Positions 10,058-20,977 of a stretch of 64,000 nt of DNA are shown here, piece by piece. Below the pieces are notes generated by a model. The model had not been told where the DNA came from. It made no database searches and was given only the letters and a program-made list of their open reading frames with translations. The DNA lies in contig JBCCQQ010000007.1 in assembly GCA_039024555.1 (NCBI GenBank), positions 84,491 through 148,490 on the forward strand, given 5' to 3'. Made by a program: the position numbers and the translations under genes. This DNA is from Cyanobacteria bacterium P01_D01_bin.156. Lineage in GTDB: Bacteria; Cyanobacteriota; Cyanobacteriia; Phormidesmidales; Phormidesmidaceae. Positions within the stretch are counted from its first letter, which is position 1; every line of letters begins with the position of its first letter.

Positions 10058-10780
10058 TCAAAATAACTCCATTTGGCCCGGTGTCGTTTTTGCAGCTGTG
10101 CCTACTAAGGGCATCGGCCCTCGATTGGAAGCTAACCGATCGGCTAGTCGTGTCGTTTCAGGAAGACGATATTTGGGCGTACATTGCAGCACATAGTCAA
10201 CGGCTGTTTCTAAACTAATGCGATGCCCTGGGGACACAAAAAGTGGTTTGGTTCCTGCACGACTTCTAAGCACAGCACCGATACGTTCCCCACGATCTAT
10301 CAACGGTACCCAGGCTCCTTTAGAATCAGGTAAATCCCCATAGGTGCCGATCAATCGAGACTTGGCGACGCCTACCGTAGGTTTATCAATGAGCACGCCC
10401 AGATGGCTAGCAATCCCTAATCGTCGGGGATGGGCGATGCCAGCACCATCGCAAATAATTAAATCTGGCTCTATGGTCAGCTTAGCTAGGGCATCGAGAA
10501 CCGTTGGCATTTCTCTGAAAGAGAGTAGGCTGGGTACGTAGGGAAACGTGGTGGGCCGACGGGCAATGGCCTGTTCCAGCAAGGTTAGGTCCGGTAGCTG
10601 TAGCATAACGACAGCGGCCCGAACAATCGTACCATCTTGCTCAAATCCTGCATCTACGCCTGCGACGGTGGTAATTTTTTCAAATTGATTGGTGGTAATA
10701 ACCTGAGTTCGCAAGCGGTTTTGGAGTGCGATCGCAGCTTCTGTATCCGATGGCCAAGTATTCGGTATATCAATTTTCAT
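10058..10780 (-). CDS. nfi: Endonuclease V
   Basis: Motifs VAGVD, PYVPSLLSFRE, CDGAGIAHPRRLGIASH, GVAKSRL and RLPETTRLAD. Confidence 0.95.
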   Translation of the reverse strand: MKIDIPNTWPSDTEAAIALQNRLRTQVITTNQFEKITTVAGVDAGFEQDGTIVRAAVVMLQLPDLTLLEQAIARRPTTFPYVPSLLSFREMPTVLDALAKLTIEPDLIICDGAGIAHPRRLGIASHLGVLIDKPTVGVAKSRLIGTYGDLPDSKGAWVPLIDRGERIGAVLRSRAGTKPLFVSPGHRISLETAVDYVLQCTPKYRLPETTRLADRLASNRGPMPLVGTAAKTTPGQMELF

Positions 10781-10962
10781 TATTGTATAAACCCAATTGG
10801 GTATGCTTCGATAGCACCAACCATGCTGTTGCTGGTTATAGCAAACTGCGTGTTCTGCAGTTTGTACCGCACATAGTTGCTTTAACTTTAAGGGTTCTAG
10901 CCATCATCATTGGGATGAGCTGTGTGCAAAGCGATAAAAACTATTGGATTCATCACGGGACT

Positions 10963-12762
10963 ATGGTGTATCTTTCAGCGCGTATTCGTCTACTCACCCA
11001 AAAGGTAGCTCTGCCGTTGATGGGTAGCATTCTTTTGATAGGCAGTTTGCCTGCTGAGCAGTCTAGGGCGGCAAATGAGCTTACTATCAATGCACCTCTG
11101 GACGAAGAAATTCTGCCACAGTCGGAGTCTCCAACATCGATTATGCAAGCTACTCTTGATCTTCTTGAGAGCCAGCGTTTTCTAATAGTTCAAGGACTAT
11201 TTGCGGCAGCGGCGGGGCTTACGTCATTGGCATTTGTGTATGGCGTGCGTAGCTACAGTAGACAGCACAAACGACAGCGACTTGAACTCCTCCGGAATAT
11301 TATTCACGAGTTTGAAAGCGATCCTGATATTTCTCAAGCTTTGAAGGTTTTAGACTTTGAGGAATATCGGTCATATCACGATAATGGCGACCATGGTATT
11401 ACCAAGGAAATAACCACATTTCGTGTCACAGATAGTTTGCTCACCTATGCCCTTGCGGATGACGAATATCGACAATACCAACGGGCATTACTGGAAAAAA
11501 TGTCTCCAGAGGAACCCAACTATCAATCGGCTATGCAGGGGTACTACGCCGAGACTATTATCCGGGATTGGTTTAACAAAATGCTCAATGCCATAGAGCA
11601 CATCAGCCACTTAGTTGATGCCAAGGTATTTACGGTTCAAGAGGTGAAACCCTGGTTGTTGTACTGGGTGCGCCTGATTGCTGATGAAAAATATCGTCGC
11701 AATCATGATTCTCGCATTTATAACCAGCTTTATAACTATATTCACGACCACGGGTTTAACGGTGTTCAAAAGCTCTTTGAACGATTTGGATATCGTATTC
11801 TACGCACACCTTATCAACCAGATGATTTTTCCGGATTCAAGGATGTTAATGTCTACAGCAACAAATTGGCATTGAGTTTGGCTAAAGCCTCTATGCTGGT
11901 ATACCAGGATATTCGGTATGTGATTGAGGTCCTGGAACGGTGGGGGATAAAAGATACTCGGGATGATTTTCAATATTTTAATAACAAAGAATATGATACC
12001 CAAGCTTTTATTTTTCGTGTAGATGAGTGTATTGTGCTGGCGTTTCGTGGCAGTCAAGAGATTCGTGATTGGTATACCAACTTTAGTATGCAACTGCGCA
12101 AATTTACGATTCGCCGAGAGGGACAAACCACTATATCGTCCTACAAAGGGCAAGTACACACGGGCTTTTTCCTAGGCTGGGCCAGCGTTGAGAAAGATGT
12201 TTTGGCCCAGATGAAACATTGGCAAGAAGAGCTTAAACCGGGTGAGACATTGCCTCCGTTGCTGGTGACTGGACATAGCCTTGGGGGGGCGCTGGCTACT
12301 ATGGCTGCCGCATCTCTTCAGGAGAACAATATGTCCGTGGCTGGCTTGTATACATTCGGACAGCCACGGGCGGGAGATATAGCCTTTACCCGTCAGTTAA
12401 ATAATACGCTACCTGGCAAGGTCTTTCGCTTTATTAACAACAATGATGTGGTGCCCCATGTTCCACCTCCGTTCTCTATTCGCAATCCGACAAGGTTTTA
12501 TGCCCACTTGGGTACGGTGAAATACTTTAACTCTAAGGGGCTATTGATGGCTAACTACAAGATGATTAGCCGTGCTGTAGATGGTGTTTTAGGATTTATT
12601 AGAAGCTTGTTTGAGTCTAATTTTGATCTAATTTCAGATCACAGTGTGTCTTACTATGTCAGTCATTTAGCCAAGGTGATGAACCAGGAAAAACAAAATC
12701 GCATGGCAACAAGATTAGAGAATGATATTAATCGGCTGGGGGGAGGCCCCGACAACATATAG
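10963..12762 (+). CDS. Membrane-anchored class-3 lipase with an uncharacterised central domain
   Basis: C-terminal VLAFRGS, VHTGF, VTGHSLGGALA, YTFGQPRAG, NNNDVVPHVP and DH motifs. N-terminal hydrophobic segments. The track start (10726) overlaps nfi, so 10963 is preferred. Confidence 0.85.
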   Translation: MVYLSARIRLLTQKVALPLMGSILLIGSLPAEQSRAANELTINAPLDEEILPQSESPTSIMQATLDLLESQRFLIVQGLFAAAAGLTSLAFVYGVRSYSRQHKRQRLELLRNIIHEFESDPDISQALKVLDFEEYRSYHDNGDHGITKEITTFRVTDSLLTYALADDEYRQYQRALLEKMSPEEPNYQSAMQGYYAETIIRDWFNKMLNAIEHISHLVDAKVFTVQEVKPWLLYWVRLIADEKYRRNHDSRIYNQLYNYIHDHGFNGVQKLFERFGYRILRTPYQPDDFSGFKDVNVYSNKLALSLAKASMLVYQDIRYVIEVLERWGIKDTRDDFQYFNNKEYDTQAFIFRVDECIVLAFRGSQEIRDWYTNFSMQLRKFTIRREGQTTISSYKGQVHTGFFLGWASVEKDVLAQMKHWQEELKPGETLPPLLVTGHSLGGALATMAAASLQENNMSVAGLYTFGQPRAGDIAFTRQLNNTLPGKVFRFINNNDVVPHVPPPFSIRNPTRFYAHLGTVKYFNSKGLLMANYKMISRAVDGVLGFIRSLFESNFDLISDHSVSYYVSHLAKVMNQEKQNRMATRLENDINRLGGGPDNI

Positions 12763-12787
12763 TGTTGCGCTCAGTGTGCAACGACAA

Positions 12788-13588
12788 TTACCAGAACTGT
12801 CGAAAGTCTTCATCAGCATTGCTGAGCTGAGTCCAAGCTACACCTTGTTGTTGAAACTTTTCCACCAGCTTGGCGCAGGCTGGACGTTCGGTGGCGTAAT
12901 GTCCGGCATCGATTAGGATTAGGTTGCGATCGCGGCCCTCTTGAAACTGATGAAACTTGCAGTCTGAAGTTAGATAGGCCTGCGCACCTGTTTTCGCCGC
13001 CGCCGCCATAAAGCTAGCGCCAGAGCCCCCCAATACGGCTAGACGCTCAATCACCGTTTGCAAGTCTGCTGTTTGAGAGTGGATCAAATTAGGTGGATTC
13101 AACTTAGATTGAATCTGCGCTAACAGTTCGTCCAATGATTGAGAATTGGGCAAAGTACCCACTCGACCATAGCCCAATCCATCCTGGGTAGGGACTACCG
13201 GTGCTGAGTCCCTTAAATCCAGCAGCTGAGCTAAAACATCTGCTGTACCATCCGCAACCTGGTCAAAATTGGTGTGGGCACTGTACACCCCGATGCCATG
13301 GGTAATACTCAAACGCACCATATCCGAGACGGGATCACCCGCCGCAACAGACTTTAATGGACTAAAAATCAATGGATGGTGAGCAAAAATCAGGTTCACT
13401 GGGGCACCCTGCTCCTTGAGCCGAATTGCCTCAGCCATCACCGCTAGGGTAGGAGTCAAACAGACCAACACCCCAGCCGGTTGAGCCAAAATACCGGGCT
13501 CAATCTGCCAGCCGCAGTTATCCCACGATTCCTGCCATGCTGGTGGTGCCCAAGCTTCCATCCAGTCAATTAGTGCATCAACATTCAT
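12788..13588 (-). CDS. Nif3-like dinuclear metal-centre protein (YbgI/DUF34)
   Basis: Motifs ESWDNCG, AHHPLIF, SAHTNFD and DAGHYATE. GGAG RBS before the ATG at 13588. Confidence 0.92.
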   Translation of the reverse strand: MNVDALIDWMEAWAPPAWQESWDNCGWQIEPGILAQPAGVLVCLTPTLAVMAEAIRLKEQGAPVNLIFAHHPLIFSPLKSVAAGDPVSDMVRLSITHGIGVYSAHTNFDQVADGTADVLAQLLDLRDSAPVVPTQDGLGYGRVGTLPNSQSLDELLAQIQSKLNPPNLIHSQTADLQTVIERLAVLGGSGASFMAAAAKTGAQAYLTSDCKFHQFQEGRDRNLILIDAGHYATERPACAKLVEKFQQQGVAWTQLSNADEDFRQFW

Positions 13589-13661
13589 GGTGACTCCTTC
13601 TCCCCAAGGCAACTCAACTCCTGTAGCTAATGCTGACACGACAGCCGTTGCATCATCAAAT

Positions 13662-14837
13662 ATGGTTGAGGAATCTATCAACCCCCAAGAGGAGGCAACG
13701 GTAGCTGAGCCCCTTAAGTTAGGACAATCCTGCTTCTATGTCATCGCTGTTATGGCAGCTGTATATGGCCTATTGGCCTCCATTGATCTGTTGGCCATCG
13801 GCTTTCAATCTATCCTAGGCCCCCAAGCAGAAGAACTTTTGAACCTAGCGGCTAACCCATGGCTAGGATTGCTCGTAGGTATTATTACCACTGCTTTGAT
13901 TCAGTCCTCCAGCCTTGTTACTACGCTACTGGTGGGGCTAGTAGCCGGTGGTTTACCCATTACCACAGCAATTCCTATGGTGATGGGAGCTAACCTGGGT
14001 ACCACCATTACCAACACCCTTGTCAGTTTGGGCTACATCGGCAATGACGAAGACTTTGAACGGAGCTTTGCCGCTGCCACTGTGCATGATTGCTTTAATC
14101 TTCTGGCCCTAGTGCTATTTTTTCCCTTGGAGATTTTGCTACATCCCTTTGAGAAACTTAGCCAGTGGGTTGTTTCAATGTTGCCAGGGGGGATGCCAAT
14201 ACCTATAAGCCTAAGCATTTCACCGGTGGATTGGCTGGTAAAACCAAGTCGCTGGTTAATTGCTTACGGGGTTAACCATATGCCTGGGCCATGGGATTCA
14301 CTACTGTTATTTGGATGCAGTGTTGGAGGCTTGATGATATCTGTCACTGCCCTCAGTTGGCTTATAAAACATTGGCTCAGTGAACCATTAAGAAAGCTAC
14401 TTTACTGGACGACGGGACATGGCTCTAAACTGGGAGGGTTAGCTAGTGGCATAGGAATTACGGCTCTACTACAGTCGTCTTCTGTGACCACTAGCCTAAT
14501 GATTCCATTGGCTGGAGCAGGGACTCTGACATTAGAGGAAATTTATCCCTTTGTATTAGGGGCTAATGTCGGCACTTGCGTTACCGCTGTTTTAGCCACG
14601 CTTGCAGTAAACAATCAAGTAGCGTTGCAGCTAGCACTGGTACATGTGAGCTACAACATTTTAGCGGTGACACTTATATATGGAATATCGCCTCTACGCG
14701 ATGTCCCCTTAAAACTTGCACAACAACTGGCAACAGCCACTCGAAACTATCGCATTGTATCTGTTGCCTACGTTGTCGGCGTATTCTTCCTATTGCCATT
14801 TCTAACGCTATGGCTTTCGTCTCTATGGATTACCTAG
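13662..14837 (+). CDS. Na+/phosphate symporter (NptA/NaPi-II family)
   Basis: Two QSSS repeats with GANLGTT and GANVGT motifs; multiple transmembrane helices. Confidence 0.88.
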   Translation: MVEESINPQEEATVAEPLKLGQSCFYVIAVMAAVYGLLASIDLLAIGFQSILGPQAEELLNLAANPWLGLLVGIITTALIQSSSLVTTLLVGLVAGGLPITTAIPMVMGANLGTTITNTLVSLGYIGNDEDFERSFAAATVHDCFNLLALVLFFPLEILLHPFEKLSQWVVSMLPGGMPIPISLSISPVDWLVKPSRWLIAYGVNHMPGPWDSLLLFGCSVGGLMISVTALSWLIKHWLSEPLRKLLYWTTGHGSKLGGLASGIGITALLQSSSVTTSLMIPLAGAGTLTLEEIYPFVLGANVGTCVTAVLATLAVNNQVALQLALVHVSYNILAVTLIYGISPLRDVPLKLAQQLATATRNYRIVSVAYVVGVFFLLPFLTLWLSSLWIT

Positions 14838-14865
14838 AGCAGATTATGCACATGAAGAATAAAGA

Positions 14866-15105
14866 TTATTCCTCATCCTCCCAATTTTCTACTGCCAATA
14901 AATCACTAATAGGGTCTTGCATGGAGAAATCAAACTCTTCTAGCTCATGCTTCCAATGAGCCCAGTTATCCCTAAAAAGAAATGCAATTTTCCAAAGCTT
15001 GTCAGTGTCCTTAATAACGTCAGATTCTACCAGGGATTTCACTTGCCGCTGAAATTTAGCCATCGGATGCAATACCGATGGAGCAGCGATTGTGGTCTTA
15101 GCCAT
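14866..15105 (-). CDS. DUF4327-family small cyanobacterial protein
   Basis: HPMAKFQRQVKSLV...WKIAFLF...WKHELEEFDFSMQDPISDLL pattern. Confidence 0.8.
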   Translation of the reverse strand: MAKTTIAAPSVLHPMAKFQRQVKSLVESDVIKDTDKLWKIAFLFRDNWAHWKHELEEFDFSMQDPISDLLAVENWEDEE

Positions 15106-15286
15106 AAAGTAAGCGGATTTAATTGTCTAAATTGTCTAAAGAGTTGCGCTGCGTACTCATAACAGGGTTCCTATAAACAAAAGAGGAACATGCGCTGAAA
15201 ATCATGAACGCAAAAATGCACAGGGGTAAAACATACCACAGACATTTGTATCTAGTATAACTCTTTAGAAAGATTAAAAAATGCCG

Positions 15287-15369
15287 TTACTGGTTTAAGG
15301 CATAAAACGATCTGTAGAGCTTATCTAGTAACTGACTTTGACCGATAAAATCATCCCTAGGATCAGCAA
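15287..15369 (+). repeat. 83-nt dispersed intergenic repeat
   Basis: Shares AAACGATCTGyAGArCTTA and GATAAAATCATCCCnAGrATCAGCAA with 45126-45207. Confidence 0.75.
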
Positions 15370-15628
15370 TCCCCTCCCCAAATAGGGAGGATATTTCTGA
15401 GGAAGCGAGCTGACTACACAAGCAAGTTTGCTAAATTTGAATTTATGAATTGACGTTACATATTGCCAAAGCCATAACGCCTGTCTAAGCTAATATGCGG
15501 CACGTGTAGCAATCGACCAGAAATGATTGCAACTCAGATTAGGGTTGCATGCCCATTTGCTGTCAGGTTTGGCCTGTAGAGATGTCTGCTGTGTAACTCG
15601 AATCTATATAAGTACCCGAACAGTACCC

Positions 15629-17431
15629 ATGGCTGAGTCTGAGAACATCCTATACCTTCCTAAAACGGACGAGTCCGACGACCTTAAGCGCATCCGACAC
15701 ACGTTTTCTCATGTGATGGCAATGGCCGTACAGCGACTATTTCCTAAGGCTCAGGTTACCATTGGCCCCTGGACCGAGTATGGGTTCTACTACGATTTTG
15801 ATAACCCCGATCCCTTTTCCGATAAGGATCTGAAAACGATCAAGAAGGAAATGATCAAAATCATTAAAAAGGACTATCCCGTAGAAATGGAAGAAGTTTC
15901 GCGGGAGGAGGCTCAAAAGCGCATTGAGGCTCTTGGTGAACCCTACAAGCTAGAAATCTTAGAGGGTTTAGAAGCCCCCATCACCCTCTACCACATTGGG
16001 GATCAGTGGTGGGATTTATGTGCAGGCCCTCACGTCGAAAGCACCCGCAAGCTTCATCCTAAAGCCTTTGATTTAGAAAGTGTGGCCGGTGCCTACTGGC
16101 GTGGGGATGAAACTAAAGCCCAACTCCAGCGCATCTATGGCACTGCTTGGGAAACGCCGGAACAGCTTCAGGAATACAAACGGCGCATTGAAGAAGCGAA
16201 GAAACGAGATCATCGCAAGCTAGGCAAAGAGCTGGGGCTGTTTCTATTCTCTGAGGATGTGGGACCAGGCTTACCCCTATGGACACCTAAGGGGACATTG
16301 TTACGCTCCACCCTAGAGGACTTCTTAAAGCAAGAGCAGATTAAACGTGGTTACCTCCCTGTGGTCACCCCTCACATTGCCAAGGTGGATCTGTTCAAAA
16401 CCTCTGGCCACTGGCAAAAATACAGCGAAGACATGTTTCCGATGATGGCGGAGACAGAGGCTGACAAAACCAATGAAATGGGGTTTGTGATGAAGCCTAT
16501 GAACTGTCCATTTCATATTCAGATTTATAAGGACGAGCTGCGTTCTTACAAGGAATTGCCCATGCGGCTAGCTGAATTTGGGACCGTTTATCGCTATGAA
16601 CAATCTGGTGAACTGGGTGGGTTAACTCGTGTGCGCGGCTTTACGGTAGATGATGCTCATCTGTTTGTAACGCCTGATCAATTGGATGATGAATTTCTCA
16701 AGGTAGTGGACTTGATTTTGGCCGTTTTCAAGAGTCTGCAGCTGGATAACTTCAAGGCGCGTCTAAGCTTCCGCGACCCAGATTCCGATAAATACATTGG
16801 GTCTGACGACGTGTGGGAGAAATCCCAAAATGCTATTCGGCGTGCCGTTGAGACACTGGGAATGGAGCACTTCGAAGGGATTGGCGAGGCTGCATTCTAT
16901 GGGCCAAAGCTGGACTTTATCTTTACCGACGCCCTCGGTCGTGAATGGCAGCTGGGTACCACCCAGGTAGATTACAACCTACCGGAAAGATTCAATTTGG
17001 AATATGTGGCGGCTGATGGCACTCGCCAGCGGCCTGTGATGATCCACCGCGCTCCCTTTGGGTCCTTGGAGCGCCTTATCGGTATTTTGATCGAAGAATA
17101 TGCTGGGCTATTTCCGCTGTGGTTAGCTCCAGAACAGGTTCGCCTGATGCCGGTCACGGCGGAACAGTTACCCTTTGCCTCTAAGGTCGCTGAACAGATG
17201 CAGCTTCTGGGGGTACGTGTGGTGGTGGACCGCAGCGGTGAGCGTTTGGGCAAGATGGTGCGCAATTCTGAGAAGGCGAAAATTCCAGTCATGGCAGTGA
17301 TTGGTGCTAAGGAAGTTGAGAACAACAGTCTTAGTATTCGTACCCGTCAGGAGGGAGACTTAGGAGCTATTGCAGTTTCTGATGTGATTACTCGTCTTAA
17401 AACTGCTCTGGATAATCACGGTTATTTCTAA
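15629..17431 (+). CDS. thrS: Threonyl-tRNA synthetase
   Basis: Motifs IRHTFSH, DLCAGPH, RDHRKLG, KPMNCPFH, YRYEQSG, AFYGPKLD and HRAPFGSLER. ATG at 15629 is preferred. Confidence 0.98.
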   Translation: MAESENILYLPKTDESDDLKRIRHTFSHVMAMAVQRLFPKAQVTIGPWTEYGFYYDFDNPDPFSDKDLKTIKKEMIKIIKKDYPVEMEEVSREEAQKRIEALGEPYKLEILEGLEAPITLYHIGDQWWDLCAGPHVESTRKLHPKAFDLESVAGAYWRGDETKAQLQRIYGTAWETPEQLQEYKRRIEEAKKRDHRKLGKELGLFLFSEDVGPGLPLWTPKGTLLRSTLEDFLKQEQIKRGYLPVVTPHIAKVDLFKTSGHWQKYSEDMFPMMAETEADKTNEMGFVMKPMNCPFHIQIYKDELRSYKELPMRLAEFGTVYRYEQSGELGGLTRVRGFTVDDAHLFVTPDQLDDEFLKVVDLILAVFKSLQLDNFKARLSFRDPDSDKYIGSDDVWEKSQNAIRRAVETLGMEHFEGIGEAAFYGPKLDFIFTDALGREWQLGTTQVDYNLPERFNLEYVAADGTRQRPVMIHRAPFGSLERLIGILIEEYAGLFPLWLAPEQVRLMPVTAEQLPFASKVAEQMQLLGVRVVVDRSGERLGKMVRNSEKAKIPVMAVIGAKEVENNSLSIRTRQEGDLGAIAVSDVITRLKTALDNHGYF

Positions 17432-17726
17432 CAGCCCAAAAATGATATTCCTGGGGCCAGCACAGTTCCTGGGATATCTGCGAATATCTTCCTTCTATTA
17501 GGTCGGAATCACCTTTTATGACATCGTAGTGAGAGACCTGCGTATGGAAGAGCTGCCATAGGTGTTACCCTCTTTCCCTTAGGTTGTTGAGCTCGTGAAT
17601 TGCTGCCACTGCAGCACCTTTAAGTGTTGTTTGGCATATTTCCAAAAGTTCTCGGCAGTGACAGGATAAGCCCTGTCTCGTATCCCCATGGGGAAAATGT
17701 ATCAACGTTAAATTGCTAAGGCCCAA

Positions 17727-18641
17727 ATGTCCAAAACCGCCCACGTAACAGTTCCAGCAACTACTGCTAATATCGGTCCCGGTTTTGACTGCCTGGGCGC
17801 GGCTCTCACTCTCTACAACCATTTCATATTTCAGCTGTCAGAAACCCTAACCATTACGATTACGGGAAAAGAAGCTGATCGTCTGAGTAACGGTCCTGAC
17901 AATCTGGTTTATAAATCGTTTGCCACACTGTATCGGCACATTGACCGTCCGGTTCCCGATGTTCACATTGATATCGAGCTTCATGTTCCCCTGTCTCGAG
18001 GGTTAGGCAGTTCATCGACCGCTATTGTGGGTGGCTTGGTTGGCGCTAATTTATTAGCTGGCAGTCCTCTCACTCAGAACCAGCTAGCGGTTCTAGCCAC
18101 CAACCTAGAGGGTCATCCAGACAATGTAGTTCCGGCCTTATTGGGGGGATGCCGTCTAGCGACCCATGGTGAAAATGAGACCCTCACCCTCTGTGAAGTG
18201 TCTTGGCATGAATCCATTGTCCCTGTGGTTGCTATTCCTGATTTTGAGCTCGCCACTGCCGATGCGCGCCGTGTGTTGCCCGATAACTACAGCCGTGCCG
18301 ATGCTATTTTTAATGCCGCTCATCTTGGATTGTTGCTGCAGGCTTTGGCACATGGCCATGGTGACTGGTTAACCCAGGCTCTTTGCGATCGCATCCATCA
18401 GCCTTATCGTAAAACCCTGATTCCTGAATACGATGCCATTCAAACCCAAGCGATCAAAAATGGAGCCTGGGGATTAGTCATTAGTGGGGCTGGTCCTAGC
18501 CTACTAGCCTTAACGAGCCAAGAGAGGTCAGACACCGTGGCCCAAATATTGGGTAGTCCATGGCAATCTGCCCACATTGCCTATTCAGTCCATACTCTTA
18601 ACATCGATACCCAGGGCACTCGCACAAAGCTGATTGCCTGA
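17727..18641 (+). CDS. thrB: Homoserine kinase
   Basis: Motifs VPATTANIGPGFDCLG, PLSRGLGSS, EGHPDNV, HQPYR and ISGAGPS. Confidence 0.97.
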   Translation: MSKTAHVTVPATTANIGPGFDCLGAALTLYNHFIFQLSETLTITITGKEADRLSNGPDNLVYKSFATLYRHIDRPVPDVHIDIELHVPLSRGLGSSSTAIVGGLVGANLLAGSPLTQNQLAVLATNLEGHPDNVVPALLGGCRLATHGENETLTLCEVSWHESIVPVVAIPDFELATADARRVLPDNYSRADAIFNAAHLGLLLQALAHGHGDWLTQALCDRIHQPYRKTLIPEYDAIQTQAIKNGAWGLVISGAGPSLLALTSQERSDTVAQILGSPWQSAHIAYSVHTLNIDTQGTRTKLIA

Positions 18642-18715
18642 GCTTACTTAGACTATCCACCGCGTATTCTGGTGGCGTCTTTGTGAGAGGTGGAGTCAAA
18701 AACTTGAATATGGCC

Positions 18716-18759
18716 AATAAAGTGCCTTGGGAAGCTTTTCCCAAGGCACTTTATTTTTT
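18716..18759 (+). terminator. Intrinsic terminator after thrB
   Basis: 18-bp perfect stem AATAAAGTGCCTTGGGAA / TTCCCAAGGCACTTTATT with a 4-nt loop and a T tract. Confidence 0.8.
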
Positions 18760-19169
18760 CTGGCTGAATTTTTATAAACATAGCTTTACTCAAGGTGAGT
18801 CAATGCCCCCATGAGAGACACATATGGACTATAGACATCTACCTTTTTAAGGTCTTTATATATGAGGGTAATTAGGAAAACAAATGGTTTTTTCATGGTT
18901 TTGACCTTAGCAAAAGTTAATCAAATTACATATACTGTGACTGGGCGTATTTCAATAGGTATTTTTCCTCATTGCCGTCCGGTAAGTTAGCCTAGTTTCT
19001 TTTTTAGTCACCGTGCCCCTGAATTCCTCCGACCTCTTCGACTAAGGCCGCCGCGAAAACAGTTATTCCCTGGCAGGGTACGTTGTAAAGAACAAGCCTT
19101 TTCGCTTCAAGCTAGACCAACTGCCTCTCGGCAAAATGCGCTTCTAATGAGTTGTATGCATGAGTTGGC

Positions 19170-20774
19170 ATGACTGTTGAACACTTTCCGTGGCTAACAG
19201 CGCTAGTACTATTTCCCTTACTGGCAGCTATTCCTATTCCTTTGTTGCCAGACAGCGAGGCAAAATCAATTCGCTGGTATACCCTAGGCGCTTGCTTGGC
19301 CGAACTGGGCCTTATTGTTTATACGTTTGCTAATTACTACGATCTAAGCCAACCCGGTCTGCAGCTAGTTGATAACTTTGCCTGGGTTCCCCAAATTGGC
19401 CTTAACTGGTCTCTGGCGGCTGATGGTCTTTCGATGCCTCTGGTAATTTTGAGTGGCTTGGTTACCACCCTGGCAGTGGTAGCTTCCTGGAACATCACTC
19501 TGAAACCCAGGCTTTATTTCTCAATGCTGTTACTTATGTACAGCGCTCAGGTGGGTGTTTTTCTAGCCCAGGACATGCTGATGTTTTTCATCATGTGGGA
19601 GCTGGAACTAGTACCGGTTTATCTTTTAATTTCTATCTGGGGTGGTCAAAAGCGTTTGTACGCGGCCACTAAGTTTATTCTTTACACTGCCATCGGCTCT
19701 ATCTTCATTTTGTTGGCAGCCCTGGCAATGGCGTTTTACGGTGATAATCTCACCTTTAACTTTAGTGAGCTCGCTGCTAAGGACTACTCGCTACCCCTCC
19801 AGCTGCTTGCCTACACGGGTTTTCTGATTGCTTTTGGTGTCAAGCTACCTATCTTTCCATTCCATACGTGGTTACCCGACGCTCACAGTGAAGCGCCTGC
19901 ACCTGTTTCGATGATTTTGGCAGGCGTTTTGCTGAAGATGGCTGGTTATGGCCTAATCCGCATGAATATTGAGATGCTGCCGGATGCCCATGTGTACTTC
20001 GCTCCTGTGCTGGCAATTTTGGGAGTGATTAATATTGTGTATGCGTCCCTGGCAGCTTTTGGTCAAGACAACCTCAAGCGCCGCATGGCCTATTCTTCCG
20101 TGGCCCACATGGGATTTGTGCTTGTTGGTTTAGCCGCATTTACCACTTTAGGTCTGAGCGGTGCACTACTCCAGATGATTTCCCACGGTTTAATCGCGGC
20201 TGTTTTATTCTTCCTGTCCGGTGTAGCTTACGAGCGTACCCACACCCTATCCATGGATAAAATGGGCGGCATGGGTAAAGCGATGCCTGTGGCGTTTGGT
20301 CTGTTCACGGCTGGTGCCATGGCGTCTTTAGCGTTGCCTGGTATGAGTGGCTTTGTCGCAGAATTAACGGTGTTCCTAGGGTTTTCAAGTAGCGATGCTT
20401 ACAGCACACTCTTCAAGGCCATCATTGTTATCCTCGCGGCCATTGGTGTGATTCTTTCCCCGATTTATCTGCTGTCCATGTTGCGTCGTATTTTCTTCGG
20501 CAATCCTGGGGAGTTGGAGATTCCAGATAACACGTCTTGGGATATCAAGCCCCGCGAAGCGTTTGTTGCCCTTTGTTTGATAGTTCCCATCATTGGGATC
20601 GGGATTTATCCTAAGCTAGCGACCCAGACCTACGATGTGAAGAGCACTGAACTGGCGAACCTAGTGCAGAATATTCGGCTTGCCCAGGATGCTGATCATG
20701 GCACTTTCTATGCTCAGGTACTAACCGCACCGGAGCTTTTGGCAAGTCGTCTTTCGACGACGAGCATTCGCTAA
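19170..20774 (+). CDS. ndhD: NAD(P)H-quinone oxidoreductase subunit 4 (NdhD1/D2 type)
   Basis: Motifs [46 protein letters not shown] and LALPGMSGF. Confidence 0.96.
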   Translation: MTVEHFPWLTALVLFPLLAAIPIPLLPDSEAKSIRWYTLGACLAELGLIVYTFANYYDLSQPGLQLVDNFAWVPQIGLNWSLAADGLSMPLVILSGLVTTLAVVASWNITLKPRLYFSMLLLMYSAQVGVFLAQDMLMFFIMWELELVPVYLLISIWGGQKRLYAATKFILYTAIGSIFILLAALAMAFYGDNLTFNFSELAAKDYSLPLQLLAYTGFLIAFGVKLPIFPFHTWLPDAHSEAPAPVSMILAGVLLKMAGYGLIRMNIEMLPDAHVYFAPVLAILGVINIVYASLAAFGQDNLKRRMAYSSVAHMGFVLVGLAAFTTLGLSGALLQMISHGLIAAVLFFLSGVAYERTHTLSMDKMGGMGKAMPVAFGLFTAGAMASLALPGMSGFVAELTVFLGFSSSDAYSTLFKAIIVILAAIGVILSPIYLLSMLRRIFFGNPGELEIPDNTSWDIKPREAFVALCLIVPIIGIGIYPKLATQTYDVKSTELANLVQNIRLAQDADHGTFYAQVLTAPELLASRLSTTSIR

Positions 20775-20839
20775 AGCGTTGTCATCACAGTAAATTCTTT
20801 TTCCCTGCTCAGGGTTAATGGAGTTTTCCAATTTCTATG

Positions 20840-20877
20840 AAAGTCGCTGGTGCCCCTTATTGGTTACCAGCGGCTTT
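20840..20877 (+). terminator. Hairpin after ndhD
   Basis: AAAGTCGCTGGT / ACCAGCGGCTTT stem with one G-U pair. Confidence 0.5.
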
Positions 20878-20977
20878 GCTATTTGAGGGGTAGATTGTGG
20901 GCATGTCCCCCCCTGGGGTATTGAAGTAACCGGAGGGAAGACGATTAACTGGTTGGGGAAATTTCTCATGTGCATCT

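Noticed and set aside
10726..10962. Track N-terminal extension of the lipase overlapping nfi
   Set aside because: It overlaps the divergent nfi start and its promoter space; a downstream ATG is more plausible.
13586..13589. A second shared-CATG head-to-head start (Nif3 and the Na/Pi symporter)
   Set aside because: The symporter has an alternative ATG at 13662 that leaves a 73-nt divergent gap, so the overlap is not required.
15370..15628. T-box or attenuator upstream of thrS, and the track's N-terminal extension from 15527
   Set aside because: No T-box motif or terminator/antiterminator pair is visible, and the extension has no ThrRS-like sequence.
20775..20977. Cobalamin or NiCo riboswitch before the cbi operon
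   Set aside because: I could not find the conserved B12-box elements. The one clear hairpin is explained as the ndhD terminator. An Rfam scan would be decisive.
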